A stretch of DNA of 64,000 nucleotides. Origin: the human T2T-CHM13v2.0 reference genome, Homo sapiens. The notes beneath the pieces are model-generated. The model was given only the letters and a program-made list of their open reading frames with translations, made no database searches and was not told the DNA's origin. Positions 41,830-56,512 of this stretch are shown piece by piece. Where the stretch lies: NCBI RefSeq assembly GCF_009914755.1, contig NC_060947.1. One strand, written 5' to 3'. Position 1 is the first letter of the stretch; each line of letters opens with the position of its first letter. Position numbers and translations under genes: made by a program.

Positions 41830-42846
41830 CAGAGGTTCTTCACCCGGATAATATTTTTTGAGAGACAATTTAATATTTAAACTGTATTAGGAATTTTTAC
41901 ATTTAAACTTATATATTCTCAGAAGCAAACTTAAAGGGAGTACTTACGACCTTCTTTTGGAATAAGATGAAAGCTCAGAAGACCTGAGGAATATTCTCAC
42001 CATTGGGCAACCAGTAAGCAGCCAAGCAGGATCAGAATTCAGAGCTGCTGTGGGGTTTCCATCACCACTCTCTCGATCCATCACATTGCAAGATTTCCTC
42101 CCTGAGAGTATTTGAATAAAATTCAGGAGGCCTGTGAACCTTGGCAAAAAAACAATTACATCTTTATTTTCACTAACTGCTAACTTAAATTTTGCATTTT
42201 CTTCTATTACAAATGTAGCAATAAATCTCAGTAGTATTAACAGTACCTGTAATTTTGTCATCAAGAAAAATCACAAATAGTTTCATATCATATTTTATAC
42301 AGTTTTTATAGACATCTCCACATATTATTCACACTTATTACTGCTTAAAATTATGGTAGTTATTAGACTTGCCTCTAAATCTTGTTAATTAATGTATTCA
42401 TTAAGAAACACATATATTAACTAAGAAATCTATGTAGATATTTATTGCCTCCAGTATGTTGTTTGTTCTAACCCAAATCACCCTTTCCAACCCATTTCTG
42501 AACCCATGAAATTTGTCCAGCCCAGAGTGGGTGGATCATGAGACCCTACCCTCATCATGCTTTCTCAACTCATTCTTGTATACACACCTGTTCCCTTTTC
42601 TTCTTTGTTTCCTCTCTCAACTCTCTTTCAGCACACCCTATATTATTTTCAACATTCTTTTACTTCTAAGGAGAAAAGATAACATTATAAATTTATTTTT
42701 AAAAATATGTTGGCTACTGTATTTCAAAATCTTTGGTTATTTTGAATTTTTAATTGTATGCATTTTAAAATATCCTGAGGAGGGATCAAGGAGTTTCACT
42801 AGACTACCAAAAGGCTTCATGATATAAAAAAGGTTAAGAACCCTTG
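41830..42846. mobile_element. hAT-Charlie DNA transposon relic inserted in an antisense L2 (L2 ~41640-41829 and 42847-43150)
   Basis: TIRs cagaggttcttcacc / ggttaagaacccttg. 8-bp near-TSD cactagag / aactagac with the Charlie-type CTAGA core. Confidence 0.7.
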
Positions 42847-44749
42847 AACTAGACAGTTCAGAGCACAGCAATAATATAATTTACATTTTTGAAGTATCAC
42901 TCTGGCCACTGTGTTGAGAATAAACTACTCGGGGCAGGGGTGGGGGGTGAAGAGAAAAATGTAGACCACTTTGTGGTTTATTGACGTCATCCAGAGAATA
43001 GATTATGGTGGCTCCGACTAGAATTGCAGCAGAGTAAGAGATGAAAGTGGTCAGATTCTTGATATATTCTGATGATATAGCCAACAGGCTTACCCGATGG
43101 ATTGGGATGTGGGCTATGAGAGAAACCAAAAGAATATGTCAAAAATAACTTCAAAGTGTTTCTGCAAATCTTACCATCTCCCACAGATTAGTATTTTAAA
43201 AACAAAGCTGGAAATTCTCAGACAACTCCATGCCACATACTTCCCCAGAGATAGGGAAATTAAATATGAGGACAGCAAAGGGGATTAAATTAATATTGCA
43301 AAGTAATATCCAGCCATGCCTATTTTGGCATTTTATTCCCTTCAGAAATTGTTATCTAAAGGTAAACAACAACAAGCTACTGTGACAATAAAAAATAATT
43401 TACAAATCTGCTCCTCAGAGCTACAAAATGTCCATGCTGTGTCCTGAAATCAATTAGTCAGGGAATCAAAATTTGAAGGAGAAATAAGTACCGGGAAGAA
43501 ATTGTTTTAATCAATGAATATAGTGTACTTAATATGTGGTCTACTTAGGTGTTGGATCAGTTCAAATTTAGGTTTAAAGCAGTAAGATCATCCAGATTTT
43601 TCTATAAAATGACACTGAGATAAATGCTCTTGTCAGAAAAATAATTCTGGCCTTGATAAAACATTGTACTAACAATTTCCATATCTAGCATATCTATTAT
43701 TAACAAGGGATAAGAAAAGTTTTGTTGTGGTTGTGTTGCTTTTTTAATGGGGAAGGGAGGGTACAGGAAGGTGACAGAAATGTTATTTATATCAAAAAAA
43801 TTAAATCTAATGAAATTCAAAACAATTTCAAATGGTAAGTGTGTTTTCTAACCAACTATTGAAAAAATATTATTCATCTCAATGAAGTATTTAATGATCA
43901 ATAAGCCATTTAATTTCTAACCTCTCTACTTTATAAATACAGAATACTTGACTTTTATAAGAAGCTTTGGAATAATCGAGAATATATAATCAAATAATTA
44001 TTTCATTCAGAAGAATAGTAAGGCAAACAATGATTCATTCTTCTGTTATTCTCACCATCATCGTTTCCTGGGCTCATTTTCATCAATAATATTATATTTT
44101 CTGAAGGATAATCCCCAAATGGGATAAATTGAGATAGAGCTGCCTGGAGATATTTATTTTTAGATTTGGGATACTTTCATATGGCCATGGTTCCCAGAGA
44201 GGGCAATCAAGACTTACTGTGGGTGAGTGTTTGCTGAGAACTTGATACCTTTGGTAGTATTTGCTTTTTAACTTAGTCTGACTGCTACTTCCAGGCCTCT
44301 TGAAACTTGCTAGTAGAAAATAACTTCAAATTTATGAGTGATATGTTTCAAGAGTTCAGTCAATGTAATTGGCCTTAAACCATCCACTTCTGTCAATCCC
44401 AATCTTTTAAGATTACAGACATCAATAGCTAGCATGGGAGAACTGAGTTAGCTTCAGTGATAGGTGGATTCTTATCTTGTTTTGGATTCCATTTGTGGGT
44501 TCTATTAACTTGTAAAATAAACTTACCACACCACCAGCATTGTCAAGTCTGAATTCATGTACTCATGGAGGGGGCAATAGACATTACTCTCTTCTCCCAA
44601 CACTTCCAGCGCACTTAGAGGCTAAACCACCTACAAGCAAGTATTATTATGGACTGTTTTTATTCGTACTTTAATAGTTTTACTGTATGTCTCACCTTTC
44701 CCAAGGGCACTGTAAGTAATTAAAAGGCAAATATGTCTGAAATACAAGT

Positions 44750-45560
44750 TATTCCTACCCACCTCCTCCACAAGAGAAATATTCCATCTTTTCCAGTATG
44801 ACCCATTTCAAAAACCACCTTTGTAGTTTTAAAAGCTTAAACTTTGCCTCCTAAATATCTCTCTAATGTGTGCACTTCTCTCCTCCACTGCCAGTGCATT
44901 AAAACTGCCATCATCTCTCACATGGACTACTGCAGTAGTATGTTTTATTTTCCTGCTTTCATTTTAGCACCCACCTGTCAACTCTCTACACATAAACCAA
45001 AGTTACATCACCTCACCAATTTCTATTTAAAACCCCTTAAAGGGCCACCTTTGTACCATATCTTCCTCTCTTACCTCATTTCCCGTGTCTTCCTCACAGC
45101 CTTTGCACTCCCTCCACAGTAGATTTTCACTTTCTCAAAACTGCCATTTTTCATCTTGATACAGCCCCTTTCTCTACTTACCACATTCTTAACCTTTCAT
45201 CTTCAACTCTACCATCTACTTTCCCTCAGATGTCATCTGAAAGAAGAGAGCTCTTACTTCCCAGACCACATAAAATTATCCTCTTAAATATTTTCATAGT
45301 ACTGTAGACCTCTCTACCAGCTGGAATATGACAGTTATTTATGTGATTATTTGATTAATGTATGTTTCCTTGCTGCTACCAACAATGTTTAAGCTCTGTG
45401 AGAGAAAATCAAGAACTGGTTTTGCTAACACATTGCCTTGCATATAATAAGTGCTCAATAAATATATGTCAAATGAATGAACAAATAAATGGTTTTATCT
45501 TTATTTTCATAGTTTTCAGCATTGCCTAGCACAATGCTAAAAACACATTAAAGACATTAT
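44750..45560 (+). mobile_element. L2 3' region
   Basis: ccatcatctctcacatggactactgcagtag; gtgctcaataaatatatgtcaaatgaatgaa L2 terminus. Confidence 0.75.
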
Positions 45561-46456
45561 CAATTCTTTTTGCTTCATGGGTTGATATTGGACATCAGGT
45601 TTAACGACAACAACAAAAATTGACCAGAGTCTCCACATTTACTATTCAACTAACTGGGATCCTCAGTTGGAGGCCCTAAGTAAAAAAAAAAAAAAAAAAA
45701 AAAAAGGGAGAGATTCAGGAGAACACAGTGTCTGATTTCTTTAAAATGCAGAAGGATTGATGAAAATATAGAAAAATAGAAACATTATATCAAATGCAGT
45801 GGATGTCCTTTTACACAAAGGAATTGAAAAGTGGAATAGTCTGATTTAATATAATCTTGGTTAGCAGTGAGTCTGCTACCTGAACTCAGTTATCATACCT
45901 GAACTCCCAATTTTCAATGGCATAGAATAAGAGAAATAAAACAAACAAAAAAATGCAATGCTAAAACTATGCTGAGCCTACCAACATTTTATTTTGAAGA
46001 TTTAGAATGTACTTTAAGATCTTACAGTGCCCCAGAATCATCACTGTAAACACATTATCACTGCCTTTCAGACTGTCTATAAAGAGCTGTTTAATGAAAT
46101 ATTCCAGTTAGAAGAGCATATCTTAATGTTTTCCCATAGCAGTAGGTCTACTTATGACTGGAAGGAAGGATCTGCAGGTGATCTTCATTCATATACATGC
46201 ATGGTCCCTCAGTAGCGGGTGTCAAAACAGAATATAACCGGATGTGAATTTGTACAAATTTATATTTGCTTTTAGCATAAGCATCAAAACCCTCCAGAAG
46301 TCTGGTTTGCCTATGGATATTCCATTACAAGTTGTCAAACCCTAGCGGCCGGGCATTGTGGGAAGTCTTTTAATGTCTGTCTCATATTCTGTATAGTACT
46401 GAGGAGTCAGTCCCCACATTTCACATTTACTACTATAAAGTAAATCATATAAAATA

Positions 46457-46683
46457 TGGGAATTGAACAATGAGAACACATGGACACAGGATGGGGAACA
46501 TCACACTCCGGGGCCTGTTGTGGGGTGAGAGGAGGGGGGAGGGATAGCACTAGGAGATATACCTAATGTTAAATGATGAGCTGATGGGTGCAGCACACCA
46601 ACATGGCACATGTATACATATGTAACTAACCTGCAAGTTGTGCACATGTACCCTAAAACTTAAAATATAATAATAATAAAAAA
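46457..46683 (+). mobile_element. Short L1PA4-like 3' end
   Basis: 3'UTR gggcctgttgtgggg...accaacatggcac; short TSD aaaatatg. Confidence 0.92.
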
Positions 46684-46991
46684 TATGATTTAGTTTAGTA
46701 GTCATTTCCAGTCCTGCTAATAGAGAATGTGAAATGTATCAACTGAGTTATGGATATAAACCCTATTATACAGACAGTTTTCAGTAAATGGGGCCAGTGT
46801 TTTAGCAACTCAACTATGACTGCTTAATGAAATGTTCAGATTCAAATGAGTTGAGAAATTCATTTTGTTCCATTACACAATTGGTCCTTAAAGAGTTAAA
46901 GAGTTCATCAAAAAGTCACAGTGATCTATCTACCTGATTTTTCTTTTTGACTCTTCCTGACCGTGTGCCTCTAAATCTTAGCAAGTCCACA

Positions 46992-47277
46992 TTTTTTTTT
47001 TTTTTTTGAGATGGAGTCTCACTCTGTTGCCCAGGCTGGAGTGCAGTGGCGCAATCTCAGCTCACAGCAACCTCCACTTCCGGGTTCAAGCGATTCTCTT
47101 ACCTCAGCTGGGACTCCAGGCATGCACCACCATGCCTGGTTAATTTTTGTATTTTTAGTAGAGACGGGAGTCTCACTATGTTGGCCAAGCGGGTCTCGAA
47201 CTCCTGACTCAAATAATTCACCTTCCTCAGTCTCCCAAAGTGCTGGGATTACAGGCGTAAGCCACCGTGACTGGCCC
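46992..47277 (-). mobile_element. AluS with a small internal deletion
   Basis: Poly-T then Alu. 16-bp TSD agcaagtccacatttt at 46980-46995 and 47278-47293. Confidence 0.95.
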
Positions 47278-47635
47278 AGCAAGTCCACATTTTGAGCTAA
47301 GCCCATATCATGTGTTGTGGTCACAAATCCCAGAACCCAAAAAATGTTTCCCTATTGTGCCAATATCTCCCAACCCATTCTCTCATCTGACCAAATGGTG
47401 GTCTCAAAAAGAACAGTGATGAGGTGCGGGATTGATATTGGGCTATCAGAGTGGAGAGAGGCATAAAGGAGTTAGATTAGAGCCAGAGAGTAAGAGTAGT
47501 ATTGGCAACGAATGGTAACAAGAGTAATTATCTTTATTTCTAGGGAAGTAACACATCCAAGATTTCCACATAAAATGCACTGAATCGTTTGGCTAATAAC
47601 CTCTAATAACCACAGAGACTGCTAATAACAGTCTC

Positions 47636-47647
47636 TGTGTCTGTCTG

Positions 47648-47681
<34 letters not shown>

Positions 47682-47684
47682 ACA

Positions 47685-47721
<37 letters not shown>
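47636..47721 (+). repeat. Compound (CT)n(CA)n microsatellite
   Basis: Directly visible. Confidence 0.97.
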
Positions 47722-47724
<3 letters not shown>

Positions 47725-47964
47725 GCTGAAGTAACCTATTAGCTTTTTGTGACCCTGTAGATTCATGAATAATCTATATTCCTTTTTCTGTAATGGTTAC
47801 AATAGCTTCTGATATATTGGGTTTGATAATATCAGAATTACGATCTTTGAATTCCCAAACGGGAATTATCACTTTGTTCTTTAGAGCATGCTAAAAGCTG
47901 TGAGAAAGATTTTTGGCCTTATTCATAATGCCACTATTTTTTAAAGTGTAGTAAAAGGAAGTCA

Positions 47965-48115
47965 TACATTAGAGACACCTAGAAGCTTGTTAAAATTCAG
48001 ATTAGTGAGCTCTACTCCATGTTATGAATCAAATTTTGTGGGGTGGGGCCTAGGCATCTACATATTATAAATCTATTTAGGTGACACTGATGCATAATAA
48101 AACTTAAGTACCTCT
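47965..48115. mobile_element. MER5-like MITE
   Basis: cacctagaagcttgttaaaattcag...ggggtggggcctaggcatct. Confidence 0.6.
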
Positions 48116-48349
48116 TCTTGACAATGGTAAGAAAGGAATTAGAAGGTTTCCACCCAGATTTTGGCTTTAATATGAATAATAAATTAGAATGAGGAGAAAC
48201 TGGAATCATAGAGACTAGTTAATATGCTATTTCAATAATCTAAGTAGGAGATAATAAGGGTATGAGTATTTTAGGGGCAAAATTAGCAAACTTTTATAAT
48301 GCAATTTGACCATGATTCAAGTTTCCATATAAATAAGATATTGTGTTAT

Positions 48350-48596
48350 TTCAAATTATTGAAAAACAGGAGGCAAATTTAATTACATAAAATAAAAATA
48401 TTTTATTGCTAATATATCAAAAGTTAATATCCAAAGCTACTTTTGAAATTTTTGTTTTTCATTTTTTATTTCAAATAATGCAGAAAAGCAACCATCAAAT
48501 AAAAAAATACTGAAACATATTATGGAGGCTTCATGGAGTACCTTTTCAAAATTTGCTCTCACACCATATAAATGTAAACTATCAGAATTAAAACAC
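48350..48596 (+). repeat. Copy 1 of a 247-bp direct duplication
   Basis: Ungapped match to 54482-54728; 11 mismatches counted by eye. Confidence 0.95.
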
Positions 48597-49009
48597 TATC
48601 TCTATAAAGCAGAATTGGGAAAATATTTTTAAATTAAATCCTCCTTAAGTCATGCATCATTTAAGTATAATAACAATTGCACTTAAAGTACAATAACAGA
48701 TCAAATTCAAAATACTTAAAGTAGAAGATCTTAATCTCACCCTTCTACAATCTACTATATTAATTATAAGACTGGTTCCACAGATGGCCAGTAAAAGGAG
48801 AGCAGGACATAATTAAAATGTCCACAATCTCCATTACTACTACCAGTCTTGAGTTATACAGATCACCGGAGACATTTTAAATAGACTATGGTTAATATCT
48901 ACCCTTAAAATACCTTACAGATGACACTATAGTTCTAGTCATTCTAAAGACAGTTTTTAAAACTAGATTACTACCTTAGTGGACTTGCTAAAATCTCCTT
49001 AAGTTTTAA

Positions 49010-49114
49010 CACCCGAGTGATAAAATAAGCTGTACAACAAACCCTTTTGTCACAAGTTTACCTGTATAACAAACCTCTACATGTACCTCGAACCTAAAAT
49101 AAAAGTTTAAAAAA
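49010..49114 (+). mobile_element. Very short L1PA13-16-like 3' tip
   Basis: gtacaacaaaccc...caagtttacctgtataacaaacc...cctaaaataaaagtt. Confidence 0.75.
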
Positions 49115-49852
49115 GTACTCACATTAATTTTTAGTTATATAAAGTAAAAAATACAAACATTATTTTAAAGAAGGATCAGTGGACTTTCTTAGAGAAAAAC
49201 TCATGGATTATTACAGATATGTAAATCTCTTCTATTAATCCTAGTTTCTTGTATTTTACATACCTTATAGAAAGAGGGGCAGTAAAGTAGAAAATAACTG
49301 CTGCTTATGACAAAACCACTGTAGTACTAGATTTCAAGTGGTAGTACCGAAATCCATTAAAGAATATTCTTTATTTGCCTCCAATTCCATTTCCCTGAAA
49401 AAAGTGGCCTTCCTGAGAACCCACCGTGGCAGTGATAAACGTTGCCCCTTCCCCTCCAAGACTGAGAATCTCTCTTCCAAATCCTAGTCTTTGACTACGG
49501 CTTTGGTACCTACTGATTGCCATCCTTGATGCCATATTTCTGCCTGCTTATTTGGTTCTCCAAATGTCACCTGTTCCTGACTTTCCCACTGCTATGGTCA
49601 GATAACCTGTCAAAATAAGTTGTTCTTCCATGTTGTGTCTTCTTGTTCCAATTGCTATAGTAGACTCTTCCTCCTTAAACAAGTTGTGCCAGGAATCTGG
49701 ACCTTCTCTGAATAATTATTTCCTCTAAATTATAAAATAATGGAAATTACATCAGCGAAGCCTGTATTAACTGAATAAACATTATGCTGATTTAAAATCA
49801 ATAAGCAAAAAAAGAATTTTTTTCTAAATAGGAATTGCAAGTTTGAGACACA

Positions 49853-49877
49853 TAATAATAATAATAATAATAATAAT
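49853..49877 (+). repeat. (TAA)n microsatellite at the end of a MIR fragment
   Basis: Directly visible. Confidence 0.9.
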
Positions 49878-50816
49878 TAAAGTTCTGATTAATTTCCCTA
49901 TTCAACTCATAAAGAATCCTATGATGTAGGTACTCTTATTCAAAAATTATAGAAGAGAAAATAAGACATAGTGTTTAGTTATTATAAGGTGACAAAACTA
50001 GGAAACAGTCTGATTTTAGCGTCTATATTCTTCTAGTCAACCCCATTCCATTGTGGTAACTAAAGCATAACAATCATTGTCAAAGATGTGATGGACAGTT
50101 GTTAAATCTAAAGTGTACATTTTAATATCTACAGGCATTCCTAACCTGAATTACACATACATATATGCACAAACACATGCACATGCACACACTCCTCCGA
50201 GTTCTTCAGCTTAAAGGACTAATCAGAGCATTCAGCCTTTGTTCCATCATGGAAATTGGGACCTCACTGCTTTTTAGCTGCACATTTTACATGAAGAGTT
50301 CAATCTAAGTCTCCATTTCTGGAGAAACAATAAATGACTTGGCTAAATAGCAAATGTGTCTCAAGAATAAATGTTCATTACTCTACAGGAAATTCAACTG
50401 TATAACTGCCACGAATTAAAAAGATGCCTAAACGGATCGAACCCATATACAAACAAGTATATCGGTCTCCAAATTAAAAATACATGCATATACCAATAAT
50501 ACATAAATGTGTATTTGGGTGAGTTCAAGAAACGAGGATTTAAGTTGGCATGCATGCACATATGGGAAGGAGGGCTCTGTTTCTGAAAAACAAACTAAAC
50601 TCAAAGGCCCACTGAAATTGAAAAAGTCACATTTTAGAGTGGTCCTTCAAGTTTTGCATTCTTCTAAATTGTGCTTTGTTCACAGCTACATCCTAGTACT
50701 TGAATCCTGCCATTTATGTGGCCTAGTTATTTTGTGTGACTTTTCTTTTTAACGTGAAAAATACCAATTACTGTCATTTTTTCAGCAATGCCTGACAAGT
50801 GTATGGTACTTCTAGA

Positions 50817-51029
50817 CCAAGATTTTCAACAGTGTCAGTATTGACATATGGGGCTGGGTAATTCTTTGTTTTAAGAAGTTGTTTTGTTCATTGTAGAATG
50901 CACAGCATCCCGGGCTTCTACTCACTAGATGCCAAGTAGCACCTTGCCTTCCCAGTTAAAACTAAAATGTCTCCAGACATTGCCAAATGTCACCTAGAGG
51001 ACAAAGTCATCCCCACTTGGGTACCACTT
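50817..51029 (-). mobile_element. MER20 (hAT-Charlie)
   Basis: aaatgtctccagacattgccaaatgtc; flanked by tctagac on both sides. Confidence 0.88.
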
Positions 51030-54000
51030 CTCTAGACACAAAATTAGTTACCTGCATGTCTTAAATTATTCTCTCAACAAATGGATTTTGTTACCTCTAA
51101 TAAAATAATTGGTTATCTAGGGTTTGGAAATTTTTGAGTATAGTCAAAGAATGGAAGCTTTGCCATTCTGTGGAGCTGATCTTAGCCATTAATTTAACTT
51201 GAGTTATAAAGAAAGCCATGGATATTTATTTGAGTATTTATTCTGTGTTCCCATACATGAAAACGCATGCACACACACACACAGATGAGTCAGTAAATGT
51301 ACAGTTTATGTATTCTATCTGCACAACCACATCTCCATTCATGTCTGCATATGTGTGATTCAAAAATAATTGCTTAATAAACTAAAGCATATAGAATAGT
51401 TTTCTTTGATTCATTTATTTCTTTTCTTATTATTTTCTCTGACAAAACTTCCCTAAGGTTCAACCGTGGCAGGGAATGGATAAGGGAGTCCCTCATGGAG
51501 AACTCATTCAGCTGCCTAGCCCGACAGCATAAATTTGATCTTGTAATTAGTATTCAACTCAGCATCTTGGACAGAAACCAGTGTTACAGCCAAGAGGTGG
51601 TTTAAATCACATAAATCATAGATCAATGACAGAACTCGAAGCACTGGATAGATTATAAAAGTAAAGCTTTAGTTAAACATAGATTAACTGTTTCCCTGCA
51701 GGAACTCTTTAATCCCCCTGAAATATATAAAACAAAATTATATCTGGTCATTTTTGTAGCATAAGCATATGATGTTGAAATATAGTTTCCCTCCACAGTC
51801 ACGTTGATGTCTTGAAAATGTAGAAATGTATAAGCAATCTTTCCCATGAAAATCTTCCATCCTTCTCATACTTTATTTTTGGGTGAGGTTATAAGAACCA
51901 TAAAATAAATTTGTTATAAATAGCAACTGTGCATTATTGGTGTGAAAGCTGTTTTAAACGTATGAACATCAGATTTTTAACTTAAAATGCAAACTGAAAA
52001 ATATGTTTCTCTTTCTATAACCAATGGGTATTTTTCAGTCCAAATCTTGTAATTATTACAGTGCATGTGGATTTTAAGGTTATAGTAAATAAAACTCCTA
52101 AAAATGAAGATTGCATGAGTTTTATAATGAGAAATTACCCCATTATCAAACAATAATCATCTCATTGGCCTTCTACCCTTATTCTTCTTTTCAAATCTAG
52201 AATTATTCAAAATTATGCAAATATGATTTGTAATCATTTAAATATATATATCTTCAAATGTGGTGTACTATAATGTTCTCGATAAAACTGACAATTCAAT
52301 TTTAAGTGCCACTAAGCACTGCTTTTTTTTCTTTTGAAATCTAAGCCCTTCAACTTTAAACTGGAAATAGTTTTCATTCCTGACACTGAGGAACATATCA
52401 ACAGTTAAAAAAAAAAAAAAAAAAAAAAAGAAAGTTTTTCTAATATAATTTCAGACAGCTAAAAAAACATCAGGCAAAACGTAGACATAGTTTAGACACA
52501 TAATCCTTTCACTTTAGATGCTCTTTCTTGAAGTAGTTTAATAAATTTGCAAATTAAATTTAGTAGGAAGATGATCAAATATAATGAAATAAACAAAAAC
52601 TACACCACTGAATTTTACAAGTGTTACTCTAAAGGAAAGAAGATTAATTTAAAATCGTCTGCTATGTACCACCTACAGAATTAGTACCAATATGTTAAAA
52701 ATGTCTTTGTGTTAAAATAAAGACAACATGAAAGTAAAAAAAAATACTGGCTGTTCTCTCAAGATTTATATTTATGAAATATTTGTGTGGCTCCTTTTTG
52801 TGAGAAAAATACAAATACCTGGAGATTATAATTACATTACTAAACAAAAAGGTAAAAAAACCCACCATTTTTAGCAATACAGCTTTTTAATGTGTATTTT
52901 TAAAATAGGGCTACTCGAAGGAGGAAATTCAACTTTAAAGCGTTGCTGCTAATGACTACATAAAAATAACATGTCTATAAATCAAGATTGATGAAGATAG
53001 TATGCGGCTATTACTTCAATATATACTGTTGTCTACCTAATCAAGTTATATTTTATTAAGTTCTATTTTTATAAGTTTCAAAACAAATTATGTAAAATCC
53101 AGAGTTGATTTCTGATGCTGAGGTTGAATTATCTAAATCTACAATTAATAAATATGAATCTAATGCTTATTTTAATATAAAATTGAGTGTTTTTTTGAAC
53201 CGAAAATTCCTGAACCTGCCTGTTAATTTGCTCCAAATTATATCAGTTTCTACTCTATGTCTACTATAACCAGAACCTTAACATATGTCTAAGAGTACAA
53301 TACATGTAAATAGATTAATTATATTAGAAAAACATTGGTCACATTACTAGAAATCTATTTAAGGAATATCAGACATTCACAAGCTGCTCAATCATGCTCC
53401 ACCAATAGGTTACCATTCACAAAGCCTTCTTTTAATACTTTTAGATGATAATTTATCAAAGTCTTAACTGTTTAAATATATTTAATGGACAATGTAAATA
53501 ACAGGCACACTCAAGTTCAAAAAAATTAATTTTCCAAAAATACAAGTCACACCTAAGATAAGAAAAAAAAAAAAAGTTCACAGTAGAATAGAAACTATTT
53601 CAAGTAGTTCCAAACTGACATTTGACATATTTCTTTTCAACTATTAGGAGTGAATAGTGTGAAGTAAGATAGGTTTATAGCAGTTAAGTCGACTTTTTAT
53701 AAGGAGTAAAAGGATGCCACACTGCCTTCAGTATTCACCTGATAAAACATGTGAGACATTAAATGGATGAAGCAGTAAATATAGCGATAAAAGTTTATTA
53801 TTTTATTCAGTGATGCCATTATGTCAGTTTCTATGTCAAATTTTTCATCCAAAATAAAAATAGCTAATATATAATTGAGAATATATTTTAGAGGGATTCA
53901 GACACAAATATGTATGCATTTTAATGAGTCTGGATATCAAATGTTTTATAAAGAAAAAAATAAAAGAGAGAAAAGTTTGGGAAACTCTACCGGATCTGTT

Positions 54001-54481
54001 GCAAACTAATGGAATTTTTAAATACAACCAATTGCAAAGCGCATTCTATAGCTAGTCATACAATTTAAAGCTTTTCAAGTTGCTATCTTGGGAAATTTCT
54101 TTCAAGGAAATTACATAAAGCCTTGTTTTAGTAAGTTCCCCTACTGTGCTTCCCACTGTGTTTTTTTAATAAGGAAATCTATCCATCCATAGAGGTGTAT
54201 CCTGTTCTCCATGCTTCAGTGTCTAGCAGCAGGCAGATACAGTAGATATTTGGGTGTTTGACTCTTTAATTTTCACTCCATAATGTAGATGCCTGCTTTT
54301 ACTGACTGATGCATGTAGTTTCATTGTTGTTTAATTATAAGTGGGCCCAAATTTCCCCCACTCTGTAGCATCCCCATTTTACCATCATCCTCAGCCAAAG
54401 CAATATACAATCTGAGGTGTCTTTATGTAAATAAGGTGATAGATGTTTGGTGTAATCATAACAAAAAAACAACCTGTCTGG

Positions 54482-54728
54482 TTCAAATTATTGAAAAACA
54501 GGAGGCAAATTTAATTATGTAAAATAAAAATATTTTATTACTAATATATCAAAAGTTAATATCCAAAGCTACTTTTGAAATTTTTATTTTTCATTTTTTA
54601 TTTGAAATAATGCAGAAAAGCAACCATCAAATAAAAAATTATTGAAAAATATTATGGAGGCTTCATAGAGTACCTTTTCAAAATTTGCTCTCACACCATA
54701 AAAATGCAAACTATCAGAATTAAAACAC
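54482..54728 (+). repeat. Copy 2 of the 247-bp direct duplication
   Basis: Ungapped match to 48350-48596. Confidence 0.95.
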
Positions 54729-54749
54729 AGAAAAGGAAAAAATTGTTTT

Positions 54750-56512
54750 TAACAGATGAAGGATCTCTTTATTTGCTATTTGCTATTTTAAAATTAAAAT
54801 GCCAATCATCTCTTTTTGTACAAAAATAAGTACATAAAAGGACGAAGACTTTTTTATGAACGAACATCACAAAGTGGTATTTTATTCACAAAAAGTACAA
54901 ATAAATACATACCCACAAATAAAGAGAGGACATATTGGATATTATACTTTCTAGGCAATCAGCTATAAATTTGGCTATTTTCTTAAGCATTTACCCTGTC
55001 CTTACATATACTTTAGGTTATTAGATAATGAAAAGTAAATTTCTTATAAATCCTAAAATTCCTGCCTTCTATAGAGTTGCATATTGTTTTTCTAGGTCCA
55101 GTTATGGCCATCAGCTCTGGGACAAGCATTCCTGAGACCAATTTTTTTCCACTAACATGATTAGTTATCAAGCAAATGTGTACTTCTTTTGACAAAATGT
55201 GTTCTTTAGAAACGATGGTATATAGCTTTTGTAAAAAAATATGTTATGAACATGGTGCAATTCTCCAATAATTTAAAAAAGTGCTATTTCTATAATTTAT
55301 TTATAGAATACTACTACTTCTCCTCATATAACATACACACAAAGAATATATACCGAATAACTGACTCACTTAAAAAAGACTCTCTTCCTTGTATGATGTT
55401 ATATTTTTCTTGATTCTTGTTTCTGATTTTCATAACTGACAGTGACATATATATATTGCTTTAAAAATCATTTTTAAAGAAACTTAAATTCAAAAATAAC
55501 CAATAGATTCTAACATTTTAATGCCTCAAATATCAAATAAATCATAACTTTTTTGGTATAGTGATTGAATTTTACATGTAATGAAATTAAAATTAGTAGA
55601 TAAAAATGAGATTGTACAAAGGCTAGTGGTATAGTGTCACCAGTATTGGGCTGTGCTGCATCCATGACAACAGAATGGAAGTTGCTTTTAATACCATTAT
55701 CTTACATACTCACAGCTGAATGCTAATGCAGCTATACTGAGAAAAATCAAGTTTCAGACCCGAAGCCACTGAACTTACATACACTATGCACAAAGTTGCA
55801 AATTCAGAAAAGAATAGAAATATTAATATTAGAATATAAGAATATTTCAAAAGGTCATTACTTCAAAATGTACATAGATGGACTAATTGTGAAACATTTA
55901 AAGAATGTATATTGACGTGAAAACAAATTCAGTAAAAAGAAACATTTTGCTGCTAATTTTAATAACATAATCAGCAAACTAAGAGATTATTCCATTTTCC
56001 TCTGCAGTGAAACTGAAAATTGATTATTTCATTCAATTAAACTTTGATTCAATAGAATAGTGTCTGATCTACCTTTGAAAAAGAGACAGAAAAAAGGAAG
56101 CAAAACACAAATAGAAAACTCTTACTGATTTGATGAAATAAAGCCTAGCTTTTTAAAAAATAAAGCCAGAGGAATGCAGTACACAAATTTCAGACTCCCC
56201 TGTTTTCTTGTTTTAAAGATAAAAATATATTACCAAATATAGATACATGTTTAGAGAGATATATAGATAGATACATAGATAAATGGATAGATGTCAATGA
56301 ATCTCTTGTCTGAGGCATTCCCATATTGAACCCAAAGTATCTAGGTGGCAGTAACTTAGTAAAGTTCATGACCATACTTCGCTGCGTCATAATAGAGACT
56401 CTAATTACATTCCTTGAGCTTTGTCATGTCAGAAATGAAGATAGAGCTTTTGGAAATTCCTCTCCAACACGGTAACTTATTTTTCTTCTTGCAAATTGAG
56501 TGATCCCTGTGT
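54750..56512 (-). other. Candidate terminal exon plus 3'UTR of an unidentified minus-strand gene
   Basis: Acceptor-like atttctatttcacactgcctatgtgtag|ACACAGG at 56512. Short frames TQGSLNLQEEK* or (D)TGITQFARRKISYRVGEEFPKALSSFLT*. Repeat-free AU-rich tract; minus-strand AATAAA at 54768-54773. Confidence 0.45.
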
